Shown piece after piece: positions 25,807 to 38,118 of a stretch of 64,000 bases of DNA (position 1 is the stretch's first letter; every line of letters starts with the position of its first letter). The stretch covers positions 47,742,001 to 47,806,000 of the forward strand of contig NC_087437.1 of assembly GCF_036321535.1 (NCBI RefSeq). Reading direction: 5' to 3'. The position numbers were made by a program, and so were the translations under genes. Under the pieces are notes generated by a model. It was not told the origin of the DNA, ran no database searches, and saw only the letters and a list, made by a program, of their open reading frames with translations. This stretch comes from Camelus dromedarius (taxonomy: Eukaryota).

Positions 25807-28800
25807 TGAAAACCCTGTAGTTCTTAAACACATCCTGCTCTCCGAGATTTACCTCTGAGCTCCCTCTGCCTGGGATACTCTCTCTCCCATCTTCATCCTC
25901 TTCTCATGATTAAATCCTACTCCCACTTCCTCCCAGAACTCAGCTCAGGCATCACCTCGTCTGTGAAGTTCTCCTTTGTTAGAGTTTTCTGTACTCACTT
26001 TGTTCTCCCAAACTATCTCTTGCCTACTTTGATTACAGCACCTTACACCACACTGGGTTCATTTATTTATTCTGTGTCTTCCCCCAGTGAAAGAATCACC
26101 AATCATGTCCTAGTTATCATGTGCTTGGCATATAGTTGATGCTCAGAAAACATTGATGTCAAATGTCTTAGTGACTGATAGAGTATGAAGACTACCCAGA
26201 ATGGAGAAGTCCAACTTGACCAAAGTTTTGATACTGGGTAATTAGGAGAACTGAGGTGCTGAGAATAGATACAGGGAAGTTTAGAGGCAGAGTTAGTTTG
26301 AGGGAAAGGCTGATGCTTTGGCTTAATACATAATGAACTTTAACTGACTGTGTCCACATGGAAGAGACAAATTTGGACATTTTAAAATATAACCAGAGTG
26401 CTCTCACTCACACAGCCCCATGACAAACACACGACCATGGGGGACACGTGGGCACATCTGACCCGTCACTGGAGTGGCAGCACCCAGGGCAGTGTGTCTC
26501 CCACAATTACCCCTCCTTTCAGTAGCGTGTAAGAAGGGAATAGGGTTAAAATAGATACCTATCTGCTCATATTTGCAAAACAAAATACTGCAAAGGTAAA
26601 TCAAAACTAATAAAAATGCAGATGGGAGTAATTCTTCCCAGAATATACTTTATTACATAGTTTTAGCATCTTGTTAATATTTTACATATCCAAAAGATAA
26701 ATAAAAAAGAAAAAGCAGTCCCTAAAAATTAAAAAAGAATTAAAATGAATGTTTCATCGTTTCTAATTATGTATCAAGTCGGTGATATAATTACACAGAG
26801 AAAATTACTTCAAGTTATTGAGCCAGTATTTTGACATCATCAATGGAATGTATTCTAAGGAAACACTGAGCTGCAGAGAAATCATCAACTTCATCCATTA
26901 AATAGTTTTATTGTTAACAGTAATATTAGTGTTATTTTGCAACTATTTTTTATATTGCAGGATAAAGCAGATAACTATGTTAATACTGTTAGGAATCAAG
27001 ATCTTCCATAGTAATATATTATATTTTGTGTATATATATATATATAGCCCTATAATGTTATCCCTGTAATGTTAAATCTGAATCGGAAATATCAGTGTGT
27101 GCCTGTGATTTCTTTAAGTTTACAGAAATATGTGCTTCCTAGCTCTGACCACTGAAAAGGCCTAGATGTAATGACAGCACAGATTGTGGCCTTTAAATAC
27201 CATTTCCCACTCAAAAAGACAAGGCTCCTTGGAGGAATGAGTGATTTCTAGATCTAAGACCTGAGATGTGTGTGTATATATATATATATCTTAGATATAT
27301 CTTTATCATCATATATATGATCATCACAAAGAAATTTAATTATCAAGCATGTCTTAGATGATGAGGTACCGGTTTAACCAAAAGAGATGAATTTGTAAAA
27401 TCAGAATGCTTCTTTATTATTCTAGGAGGTGAAGTAAAACTACCAGTTAAACTGAATATTCATATTTGCATTCTCTGTCTGTGGACAGAGCTTGGGAAAC
27501 CAAATGATAAGCGGGAGTAGCATGGTGAGCACCAAGCTGGAGTGACTAGTGTTAGCCGAATAATTCTAGCAGCTGATGATATATCAAGCCATAATCATCG
27601 GAGGCATTCATGCCACACAGGTGACTCAATACACATCTGCTACGTAGGGTGGATTCCCCTGCTCCGCTTACCCAGTACTGCAGTATTACAGACCCTCAGC
27701 CTCTGCTCACCCTGTCCCCATTTTTCTTTTCTTCTGGCCCCTGTCCTCCCCCTAAGCAGCTTCTTTCTTTAGACATAATGAGACTATCAAGTCTTAGGAG
27801 CAGAAGACCACATCTGTCCTGCAGACGTGGATTTTTGCCACTTACCCTACAACATCAGTTGCACACGGTTCAATGAAAACACAGATTTCTGACTTCTCTT
27901 TTTAAAAAAAGAAAGAACGAAATAGAAAAAAGAAATTGGGCAACGACTGGCTGGAATAATAGAAGCAGCACACAGCCTTCAGTTCATCATGAACTCCATC
28001 CAGCCCACGTCACAAGTTTCTGTCACCTGTCTTGCCACTGTAGGCACTGAGTTTGCAGCCCTCATTTTAAGGTGTCTCTGTAGGATGAGTCCCTCCTCTG
28101 AGCCACTGCCCTTGCATGGCAGTTAACTCTCGGAAGCCAGCCTTTCTTCCTAGTGTCCAGGTTCAAGGCCAGAATAGGCTGTCTCCCTGTTGGCCTCCTG
28201 TCCACATTTGCACCAGCTACTGATGAGCTGGTTAAAGCCAATAAATCAAATGAGTTTGCTCAAGAGGAGACTGAGGCCTGAGCCTTGGGGAAAACTCACG
28301 GCAGAAAAGTGAGAGGAGGAGAAAAAGCCTCTTCAGAACAAGGTTCCTATTTGCTCTTTTCCTTCCTTTTAATTTTTTTCCCCTTTAACGGAACTTCCCA
28401 CTTGCAGAGTTGGGAATCAGTGCTCTTTCTGGAGCAAAATCTCTGTAGTCAGAATTCCTGAAGTGAATCTCTAACCCGAAGTTTCCTAGCTGAGTTTTTG
28501 CATATACTTGCCACGTCACCCACTGCGTTACAGACACAGGCATGCACTCAGGTAGCTCCTGTGTTTAAGTTGTGCACAGACTGAAACCCCAGTCAGTTTT
28601 GGTCCCTATTACAGATGTTAGCTTGCCTTCCATTTTTAACTCTGACGTAGGAACATGCCCTGGTTGCCTAGGAGACATGAATCTGGGTAAACCAGGGAGA
28701 AGAATGCCCTGAGGGAGGGCAAATTTTGCTTCTCTGTGGTGCTGCTCCCCTAAGACTCCAAACCTCACCCTCTCCCTCGCACCCTGACCCAAAGAGACCC

Positions 28801-29271
28801 ATGGTGAACCCAGCACCACGGGGTGGGGCACAGCTGACCCTCCCTGCGTGGCAGCAGCCAGGACAGTGGAGGCCCCCTGATCACCCCTCCCCTGGATGTC
28901 GGTTGTACTGCTCAAGTTTCACCTGCTGAAAAGAACCCTGTCTGGCCCCTCTGACTGGGTCAAGTCTCTTAACCACTCTCAGTACTGAAGGCCAGTCCTT
29001 TGTCACACTGCTCCCCGTGGCAGTTGTGCATGTATTTGTGTCTGAGGAAGGTCTGCTTCTCTCACCATGAGGGACCGTGTCTGCTGTGCTTGTGGATGTG
29101 AGTGCCCAGCTTCTCATACACTCCCTACCCAGAGTGACACTCAACAACCACCGCGTGCGTGAATGAATCCTAGACCACTGGCAGTGGAAAGGACCTTAGG
29201 TGGCGTTCGGTCTGCTTTCCTCATTTGATGTGTGAGGTAAAACAATTTACTCAGATCACTTAGATTTTCAG

Positions 29272-29480
29272 AAAGGCAGCATTCTGTAGTAGTTAAGACC
29301 ACAGACTCTGAAGGCAGAATGCCTGGGTTCATAGCTGGCCTCTATCACTTACTGGCTCAGTAAGTTAATATCTTTGTGCCTCAATCTCCTCATCCGGAAA
29401 ATGGGGGTAGTTGAGAGGATTAAATGATTTTATAAAGTGCTTAAAATTTTACTTGGTACATAGTAAACACTATATAAAAC
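29272..29480 (+). mobile_element. MIR SINE (one of many; others near 860-1040, 7620-7750, 17960-18030, 55010-55190, 55840-56050, 62700-62860)
   Basis: MIR core tgcctcaatctcctcatccggaaaatggg...gttgagaggattaaatga. Confidence 0.75.
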
Positions 29481-31112
29481 CTTGTCCAAAAAAAATATAT
29501 ATATAGGCTTGAATAGCACCATATTCTGGGTCTCTTGATTCCCTATGGAGTGCTTTTCAAAAAACTGCCTAATATTATTTTGTCATTGGTGTAGACCACT
29601 GCTGTCCAGTGGAATTTTCTGATGAAAAGGCTCTACACTGCCCAGTATAGTTGCCCACTAGCCACATGCAGCTGCTGAGCACTTGAAATGTGGCTAGTGT
29701 GACTGAGGACATTCATTTTTTATTTTATCTTAATGAATTAGAATTAGAATTTAGACTCAATGATGGACAGTCAGGAGGAGGATCCTTGCAGCAGCCAAGT
29801 CATCACAGCTGATAGAACAGGGGTCTGGCTACCTAGGGAGATCCTTCTGAGCATGAGCAGCTCAGCCTCCTGGAAGCCAAGAGACTCCCCACATCTTTAT
29901 TGTGGTCAGGCCTCCCCGGCCAGGCATCTGGCATCAAGGCAGAGCTCCTATTCTCTCAGGTACCTGTGCAGGTTGGCTTCCCCCTAAAACTGTGGTTGAA
30001 TAAACCAATTAAAAGCATCTTTCCTTTTTTTAGGGCCAGACACTATAAATTAAAAAAAAAAAAACAACAGTCTACAGATACACAAAAACTTCCAAAGCCT
30101 TAACATGAACCTTTTTTTCAACCGGTTTTACAATATATATTCTTCAAGAACATTTTAAATGCTTCTTTTGGAGAACTCCTTTTCCAAGTGTATAGCTATC
30201 TATTGTCATTAAAAAAAAATCAATTCAAGAAAAAGGCAAGACCTCGACTGGTTGGATTCCAAATTAAGCTACAGCTTGTGCTAAAAATAGCTTGCCAGTG
30301 TTGAGAATTTGTTCTCTGAATTTTAATGGCTTGCCTCTCTCCCAGAGGACAGCATTCACTGTGTTCTATGGCAGGACTGGACTCTGGGAAAGCACACTTC
30401 ATGTTTTCTCTGGACTCATTTCTACCTTGCATTCAAAGCAGAGTGAAAGTAACCGACCATAGTTTTAGGTTCTATTCACGTGCTTTGTTAACTGTAAAGA
30501 GGATAAATATCTATACTTTTCTTAGTAGGAGGTGTGTGTGTGTCAGTTCAGCTTTGTGTAGGTAACCCTAAAGGTATGCATGAAAGGCTGAAAGCATGTT
30601 CTAACATAGATTTTACCTTTTTTCCCCAACCATGTTATCGTTTACTCTACTAAAATCTATCTTCCACTCATCACTGAAAGCTTTTGTGCTTTCTAATTTC
30701 AAAAGACAATCTCTGCTTTGTCTCTGGAACTTTGGGATACTTTTCCATGTAGTGGTGAAGACCTCAAAAGGAAAACAAATGACAAGCTGCAGACTTAATG
30801 TGAAGTAAAAATTATATTTGAAAATTGATTACATTAAAAAATTTCAAAACCACAGGAAAGGCATTTATCACACAGAGCATTTTTTTCCCAAGATTTCATG
30901 TTCATCAGTTATTCATGCACTTATCTTAAATAATCAAATAATTCTAAAAACCTTTTAAATTATTTTGAGAATGAGCACTTCTGCATATGTACACACCTCA
31001 GGTGCCTCCAAAGCCCGCCTCCTTCACTATCTTGGCCACACGGACAGTGCATTTTAAATATAATAGCCATATTTCCTGACATCAACTTTCTTCCTCACAC
31101 CTAACTCTTTTT

Positions 31113-31180
31113 ATTTATTTACTTGTTGTTTATCTATTTTATTCATAGTAGTATCTGCAAATTTCGAACTCCCAATTTAC
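31113..31180 (-). mobile_element. L1 3'UTR internal fragment with its own A-rich tail
   Basis: Matches the reverse complement of ~18788-18850; TSD caccta(a/c)ctcttttt at 31098-31112 and 31181-31195. Confidence 0.8.
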
Positions 31181-32792
31181 CACCTACCTCTTTTTAAAGA
31201 TGCCTGAAATTTACAGTACCTTTTCTTATTAAAAAATTAAGGCATATATATCAAAAAATTCAAACAATTCAGAAATATACCAAATATAAAATGAAAGATG
31301 TCTGAAATCTCACTCCTCTATAGATAACCACAGTTAAAGTTTGGTATTTTTCCTTCCAGACTCCTCCTACTCTGTCTGCTCCTACCTGGTGGTCACTGGG
31401 ATGCAGTCAACATTCAACTAAATTTCATATCAGTTCATGCTTCATCTCCTCTTTGAGTTCCTTGCGTGCCAACTAGTTCCGATTCATCCACCATAATCCT
31501 TTCTCAGTAGAGTATTAGCCTCAAACTGAATTTAAGCTTTCTTTACCTCTCTCCACCCTACTATCCCTGAAGATAAAACATATTCCAATCCAATTTTCAG
31601 ATATCTGACCAAACATTCCTCACAAGATTCTAATGTCTAAACCAAAAATGGAGTTTCTGGGCCCATAAAGCTGAGGAGTACCCTTTTGACCCTGGAAGTC
31701 CACTCTAGAAAGCTCTGAGTGGTCTGCTGATCTTTCTCAGACATCTCTATTTCATTCTCTCTAACTCAACACTGTCTTTACTATCTTTATTGCAAAAGTC
31801 TGAACTGTGCTTCTGTGCCAAGACTCTGTCAAGTTATATTATAGATTGAGTTTTCTTAGTCTGGTTGTATAAATTTTGAAAAATAGAGAACAAAACCTTC
31901 CTCTCTCTTTTCTGTGTTGAGTGGTTCCTTAGATGATAAAGAATATATGTGTTGCACATATAGAAGATCCTCAATAAACAGTTCTGAGCTAGAGAAAAAT
32001 TCTCTGTGACACCATTCCCAGTATTAACAACAACAAAAATTTAACTTTATATCTCAATGGTACAAATGGATATTGTAGGAGGCTTAAGGGAAAGGGGAGG
32101 GAAATTCTGTGAACAATTCTGCATCCCAGGGGATAAGGGTCTTTAGCGATTAAAGAGTTAAGTCTGGAGGGATGGCAGGCAGCAGCCTGAGGGAGTGTTT
32201 ACAGAGTGAGGAAGGGAGGAAGTGTGGAGTCAGTGAGGAAGGGGCACAGGAGAGGGAGTGGGGGAAGAGAGCTGGGCATCCGGAGGGAGAAGAGGATTTT
32301 CAGTTGTTCTCAGCCTGGAAGACTTTCTCACAATTTGAAGCCAGATAGTGGCCAGAAAACGTCTCCCATTGCTGCAGAAAGGGTGAAAAGGTACTGAGTG
32401 CAGACAGAGTGAGGCCAAAGTTGTGAGACACAGGCCTTGTGCCCAGAATACATTTGGGACTTCCAGAGATTGAGTGGAGCTCCAGGAAATTAGGAACTGG
32501 GTTGCTTAGACATCTAGAAACATGCTGACAAAGCCTTTTTACATGATCATTGTAACACCTAACATTTGTTTGGCAATTTTTACAGGCCAAGGGCAGCGTT
32601 AAGTGTTTTATATTCATTATCCCATTTAATTCTTAAGAACCCTATGAGGAAAATCCCCATTTTAGAAATAATCCCTCAGTGAGGCTTTGCGGGTTAAATG
32701 GTTTGCCCAAAGTGTAAATTTAAATAGTACAGATTTCTAAAAGTTAGAAACATGATCTTCATACAAATATATAATGTCCAAGATTTGCTTAC

Positions 32793-32924
32793 CTCATTTG
32801 TGAGGGAACCAGCTTGTTTAGAAGAGAGGATGATTGTGTGTACTGTGTGCACGTGCCCCTCAACGGTGGAAGAAAAGAATCCCAGAAAAGACTGTGAATA
32901 AGATAGATAAGACTGACTAATGTC
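32793..32924 (-). pseudogene. Exon remnant with intact splice sites
   Basis: Acceptor ttttcttgctctgtag and donor gag|gtaagc; 132 nt, open in two frames. Confidence 0.45.
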
Positions 32925-33154
32925 CTACAGAGCAAGAAAACTAAAACCTGTAGGGGTTTTTTTCTATTGGACAAAAAATCATTTTTTTTTATCTCTGTAG
33001 GACAAAAATCTTTTGCCACTTAACAATCTTCTAGACATTATCATCTACTTTTAAAGACTTGGAACCCGAATCAATAAAATGTAGTAGGTTAAACAAAATT
33101 ACACCCTCCAGATGATCGGGTGATCTCAGGTGGCCTTACTGGGCAACGTTGTCT

Positions 33155-33345
33155 ATAGCACTGGCTAATGGAACTTTCCATGCTGGTGGAAACGCTCTAT
33201 AACCGCACAGTCCAGTGAGGTAGCCACGGGCCACGCGTAGCTACTGAGCATTTGAAATGTGATTAGTGTGATGGAGGAACTGAATTTTAATTAATTGAAA
33301 TTTAAATAGTCACAGCTGACTAGTGACTGCTGTGTTGGATTATGT
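33155..33345. mobile_element. MER3/MER33-like hAT element (a similar copy lies at ~29598-29755)
   Basis: gtagccacgggccacgcgtagctactgagcatttgaaatgtg. Confidence 0.65.
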
Positions 33346-36300
33346 TAGATAACACAGCTCTTTGACTTGACAGCACAGGCTGCAGAATACACAGATGGCT
33401 CAGATGCACAGTAAATATTGAGAAGTACTTTTTTGGGTGATACTGACTAAAGTTGCCAGATTTTTTTAAATTGAAGAATAGTTGATTGACAACATTGTGT
33501 TTGTCTCAGGTGTCCCACATAGTGTTTGTTGTTTTATGTTTTGAAAAGCGCTGTTCCAATCCATGCTCTCCTAGCATGCACTTTCTAAAGAAGGCAAAAG
33601 TGGTATGATTGATCCCATTTAACAGCCAGGTAACTGAGGGTCAGCTGCTGAAGGCAATACAATTGGTGGTTAAAGTGAGATTTGGACCCAGGTGTGTTTG
33701 GTTGAAAGGCTGACCTCTCAAATGCCTACAGAAGCTGGGCGGGTCAGACAGGGGTCAAGTGCTTTGGTTATAAAACAAACTGAAAGCAGCTAGTCTAGAT
33801 CCAGTTGATTACAGTTCAGAATTGCCAGATCACATCTTGTAATTTTTTCTGGAAAATCCATAATTCTGGCCTTTTACGTAAAGTATTCTTGATTTTTTTT
33901 TTTAAGACTCTGTATAGACCAAACAGAACAAGTCTGCAGTCCTGATGTGGCCCACCGGCTACCCGTTTTCAACCCTGGCTAAGCTCAATGGTGGGAAATT
34001 TTCCTCGTTGCCCGGCTGCTTCTACAGGGAACTGAGAACATGGGTTTGGCCTTTCCGGATCTTTCCAGGCAGAGACAAGGGCTTCTCCCAGGAATGATCC
34101 TTTCAGTATTTGTCACCTACCACCACATGGTTATTTACATGATTGTTTTCTCAACTAGATTGCACGTCCCTGGAAGAGAGGAACATCTACTCAGCTACCT
34201 ATTGCCAGCATGACACCTGGCAAATAGAAAGCATTTAATACATGTTAGTTGAGTGAGTTTGCATAAAAATTAGAAGTTTAGATAAATTGGGCCGTTTCTT
34301 CCTTTTCGCTTTAAATTTCTCTGGGCCAAACCAGTTTATTTCCTCCTTCTTGTTGCTGCTGTTGTTTTGAAGCCATCTCAGACATCCACATAAATATGAC
34401 ACACAATAATTCAGAGATGATCTCAAAGTATCAATGGCTCCCATCTTTTTAAAAGCCTTCTCTGTGTAGTTCCTTTCTGTGCATCATTTATTTAATCCCT
34501 CCAATAACCCAGTGAACATCATTGTCTAACTCTTTTACTGAAGAGAAAACAGATGCAGAATTGTTAGGTATTTGCCCAAGGTCACCCAGCTCTCAACTCT
34601 GTGAGCTCTGCCCCCTGTACACTTAAAATCTATCTGGACGACATTAACACGTCTAATCCTTTCCTTTGGTGGGAAGGCTGTGAATAGAGGAGGAAGGGGG
34701 GCTGGGGTGGTTCCCTGGGCCAGGGCGCTGGGGCAGGGCTCTCTCCCTGGGAGCAGCTGTCAGAATTAAGCAAAGTAGGCAGGTGAGAGTGAGGTGGGGT
34801 GTGGAACGGCAGAGCTGGAGTGGGTGAAGCCAGACAGGAGGTCTGAGGAAGTCACCGTGAGGAGAGCTGGAAAATAGGACGCAAAGCCAGCGAATCTGTG
34901 AGAAATAGGAGTTTAGGGAGGGACAGATTTTGCCTGAGTCAGAGGGTCGTACTGGTTTTTTTCACATGGTCTCTGAAGCTTGGTAGTTGGGAAAGCCACA
35001 AGAAGGCACAGATTCTGTAATATCCTGGAGCAGTGCCAGGCACCAAATCAGGGGCTCAGTCATACTCCGTGACTGATTTACCTGTCACAAGCTTGCCCAT
35101 AACGGATGCATTAATAGATGTCTCTTACCCTTAAAATTCAAGCAAAACAGAGGTTTGGAAAATTTGAGGAAGGTATCAACCCAGTAGGTATTTCGGATCA
35201 TGGTTTTTCTCCTCTCCGCCCATTTCCCACATCAGCAGTTTATCTACCCATGAATATGTTACCATTCAGCATTTATTAATCCATTCATTTGTTTTAAGGA
35301 TCAAACTAAAATCCATTTGTACACATGGATCAAATGCTGTTTATTCTCAAGGAACACATAACAGAGCTGGGGAAGTTCCAAAATAACTAAAGGAGAGAGA
35401 ATGACCTCCAGGGGTTTGGACTCTGAATCCTGGGCTGGAGTCTCAGAAAAGTGTGTGATTGCGTCCCACTAAGTAAGAAAAGGAGTAGACTGGGTGAATG
35501 GTGAATTTTCCATCAGACTCCATAGCGGAAGGGCACATGATTTGAAGCTTGAATCTTACAATTCTAAGATGCATAAGAGGAGGTAAGTTACAATCTGATA
35601 CACTTGGTACAAAGTTAATGAAAGTGGTTCAGACTGAAAATAGAAACAGTCTCAAAAAAGGTAAATATGTTGGATCATCAAATTCACAACGGGTTATTAA
35701 GAGAATCTAAGTGTGTTTGAGGACAGATGTGTTTCTGACCCACTATACTGGCCTCCTAGAGGGCAAGCATACTCAAGAACAAAAAAAATCCCTGTGTCTT
35801 GTATGAAATACTTTTAAACGTTTGTTCAAACATAAAGGATTTCCTTAGAAAATGACTTTTGTTTAATGTTTTGAATTTAATTTGAAAAGTAAATACATGA
35901 ATTTCAGTAATGCCAAAACACACACACTTAAGAGTACACAATAGTGAGAACTTATTTGAGATAAAAGAGCCACCAACAGAAATAGAATATTGAAGTGTAT
36001 GCCTGAATATAATTTTCTAGTATCAGGTTGAATTCATTTCAAAACAGACTGAAATTCAACTTAACTGTGATAGGTTCCTCCTCAACCCACAGTGGTTTAC
36101 TTATCGCTGCCACAAAACAAAAACGTATCTGTCAGTGTGTAAAGTTGCAAAACTTACTCTTTTATTGATAAATCTTAGAATTAGTGTGATGTGACGAATC
36201 TGTCCCACTAGAAACATATCGATCAACATCAACATGGTTAATCGATAACCCCAAGTATTATTTCTTGATTAATTTTTAAAAATCACATACTTACTAAGGA

Positions 36301-36680
36301 ATGTGAAATATTCCTTTTGGAAATATTCCTTTTTGAGGAAAACTAGGTCTTTCTATTGACTTTACCAAAATAATTTTATAAAATACAGCCAGTACCATCT
36401 CACATTTTTTTTCCCAGAAAAAAAAAAAACAAAAAAACATGGCAAGTTTAAAAGTCTGTATGCAGTTTTTGAACCACTCCAGTCATTAAAAGCAGAGCTG
36501 CAAAGACAAGGGTTAGGGGAAGTGGGAGGGTTCTTATCTGTACTGTGAAAGTTTTGTTCTCTGTGAAGTAGAATTTCATCAAACTGAATGTGTTATGAAT
36601 TTTAAATGTATTTGATGCTAAAAGAGAAAAAATAAGTATGCTGTCCTTTCTTGCAAGCCTGTCTTTAGATGTGTCTGGTC

Positions 36681-36718
36681 ATTACCTTGGCAACCCTTAC
36701 AAATGGCAACTGACGTCA
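36681..36718. promoter_or_regulatory. RFX X-box plus RFX half-site plus full CRE
   Basis: ATTACCTTGGCAAC (36681-36694); ATGGCAAC (36703-36710) directly abutting TGACGTCA (36711-36718). Motif match only. Confidence 0.45.
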
Positions 36719-37737
36719 AGAAGAGAGGAAAAACACTGCTGAGAGCATATACTCTATGCATTATAAATCATCCTGAGGACCTGGAATTCTTAGACTCTTA
36801 CAGCCCCTAAATGGCTTTAAGGTGAGCACAAGCAATGTTGCATTTTAGAAACATTCTTCAAACTTTTTAAGGACTTGGGGATCTGAAAAGAGCCTCTTTG
36901 AGTTTTTAATTTAAGTGAAATAGCATTTAGTTATTAGCTTAGGTATTCGATCTCACAATAACTGCCAAGCCCATTGAAGTGTTTTGTATTAGTAAATTGC
37001 AAAAACAAATGGAAGCTGCCTTTTCTTCTGAAAGTATTTTTTCCCAACGTTGCATGAAAAATTTCAGACATAGGAAGTTGAAATAATTTTACAGGGAACA
37101 CCCACGTACTTATCACCCAGCATCTCCCATTACTTTTTACTCTCCTGCCTTATCACATACCTATTTGTCTATCTGTCCATCCATCCATCCATCTCCTTAT
37201 ATATACCTTAATTTACCTAATTTTTGATGCATTTCGAACATTAAGATTGCAGATATGAGTTCCCCCTAAATATTTCAACATGCATATCATTAACTAGAGT
37301 TCAATTTTGTTTATAGAGTTTCTTTTGATATAACATTTACAAACAATGAAATGCATAGATATTAAATGTACATTTTCTGAGGTTTGAAGAATGCATACAA
37401 ACTCCTATCAAGATATTAAATATTACTATCACTGCAGATACTTCCCATGTGCCTCTTCCCATTCAGTACCCATCTTTACCCGCCCTCCAAAGTCAACCAC
37501 TCTTCTAATTTCTAAAAGTATTTTTAAGAGCCTTGAATAAGGGCTTATTACTTCTAAGAGCCTCCTCCCTTGAACCGTCCCAAGGACTTCATTCACCCTT
37601 CAAATTAAAAGTGCACATATTCAGTGACATGTAACATAAGCGTGGTCAGCATTTACTTTTCCCCTTTGCAGCTTTCCCGCCCCCTCCTCCTTCAGCCATG
37701 TAATCACAATACTCACCCTCCAGGGATGAAAGGCAAA

Positions 37738-37836
37738 ATCAGAACAGGCTATGTAATTTTCGAGGCTCAGAGCAAAATGAAAATGCAAGGCCTCTGTTTA
37801 AAGAGTTTTAAGATGGTGACAGCCAAGTATTAAACT
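37738..37836 (+). mobile_element. MER45A-like hAT element, truncated
   Basis: gcaaaatgaaaatgcaaggcctctgttt...aagatggtgacagc...attaaac; the distal end is missing. Confidence 0.6.
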
Positions 37837-37844
37837 ACTTCTAA

Positions 37845-38118
37845 TCTCTCTCCAGGATTTCTTCTGCCTTGGCCCACAGACCATACAGTGGATGGCAATC
37901 TTTTCATTTCTCCTGATGCCAAAGCGTCTGAAGGTGTACCCAGCTTTGGAGAACACAGGGGTCTGGCCCGTGAGCTGTTCCAGCACCGTGGCTGCCCAGG
38001 TCAGCTGGTCTCCACTCTCCCTCACATGAACGGTGAGGCAGAGCTCACAGATGCGAAGTTCTCATGTGGGACTCTCCTTGTCACCCTGATCCTGAGCTGT
38101 GATGGAGAACAGGAAGAG
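37845..38118 (-). pseudogene. RPL11: RPL11 processed pseudogene, 5' half only
   Basis: Begins with a TOP-like ctcttcctgttctccatc. Start codon decayed to ACA (38100). Reads AQDQGDKESPT*ELRI...[45 protein letters not shown], then a frameshift. Intronless; no 3' half or poly(A). Confidence 0.93.

Larger units (their letters stand above)
2742..36500 (-). pseudogene. Candidate decayed multi-exon gene (possible unitary pseudogene), tentatively RGS22/RGSL1-like
   Basis: Exon-like segments with mostly AG/GT boundaries in repeat-free islands: 32924-32793, 19778-19678, 19567-19430, 16249-16142, 15565-15117, 14516-14396, 14204-~13820, 11711-11523, 9444-9255, 8591-8488, 8391-8227, 8086-7957, 7449-7322, 7225-7063, 6360-6067, 5988-5843, 2907-2742. 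Phases chain from 9444 to 2907. Several stops and degraded splice sites. The 5' limit is approximate. Confidence 0.6.
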
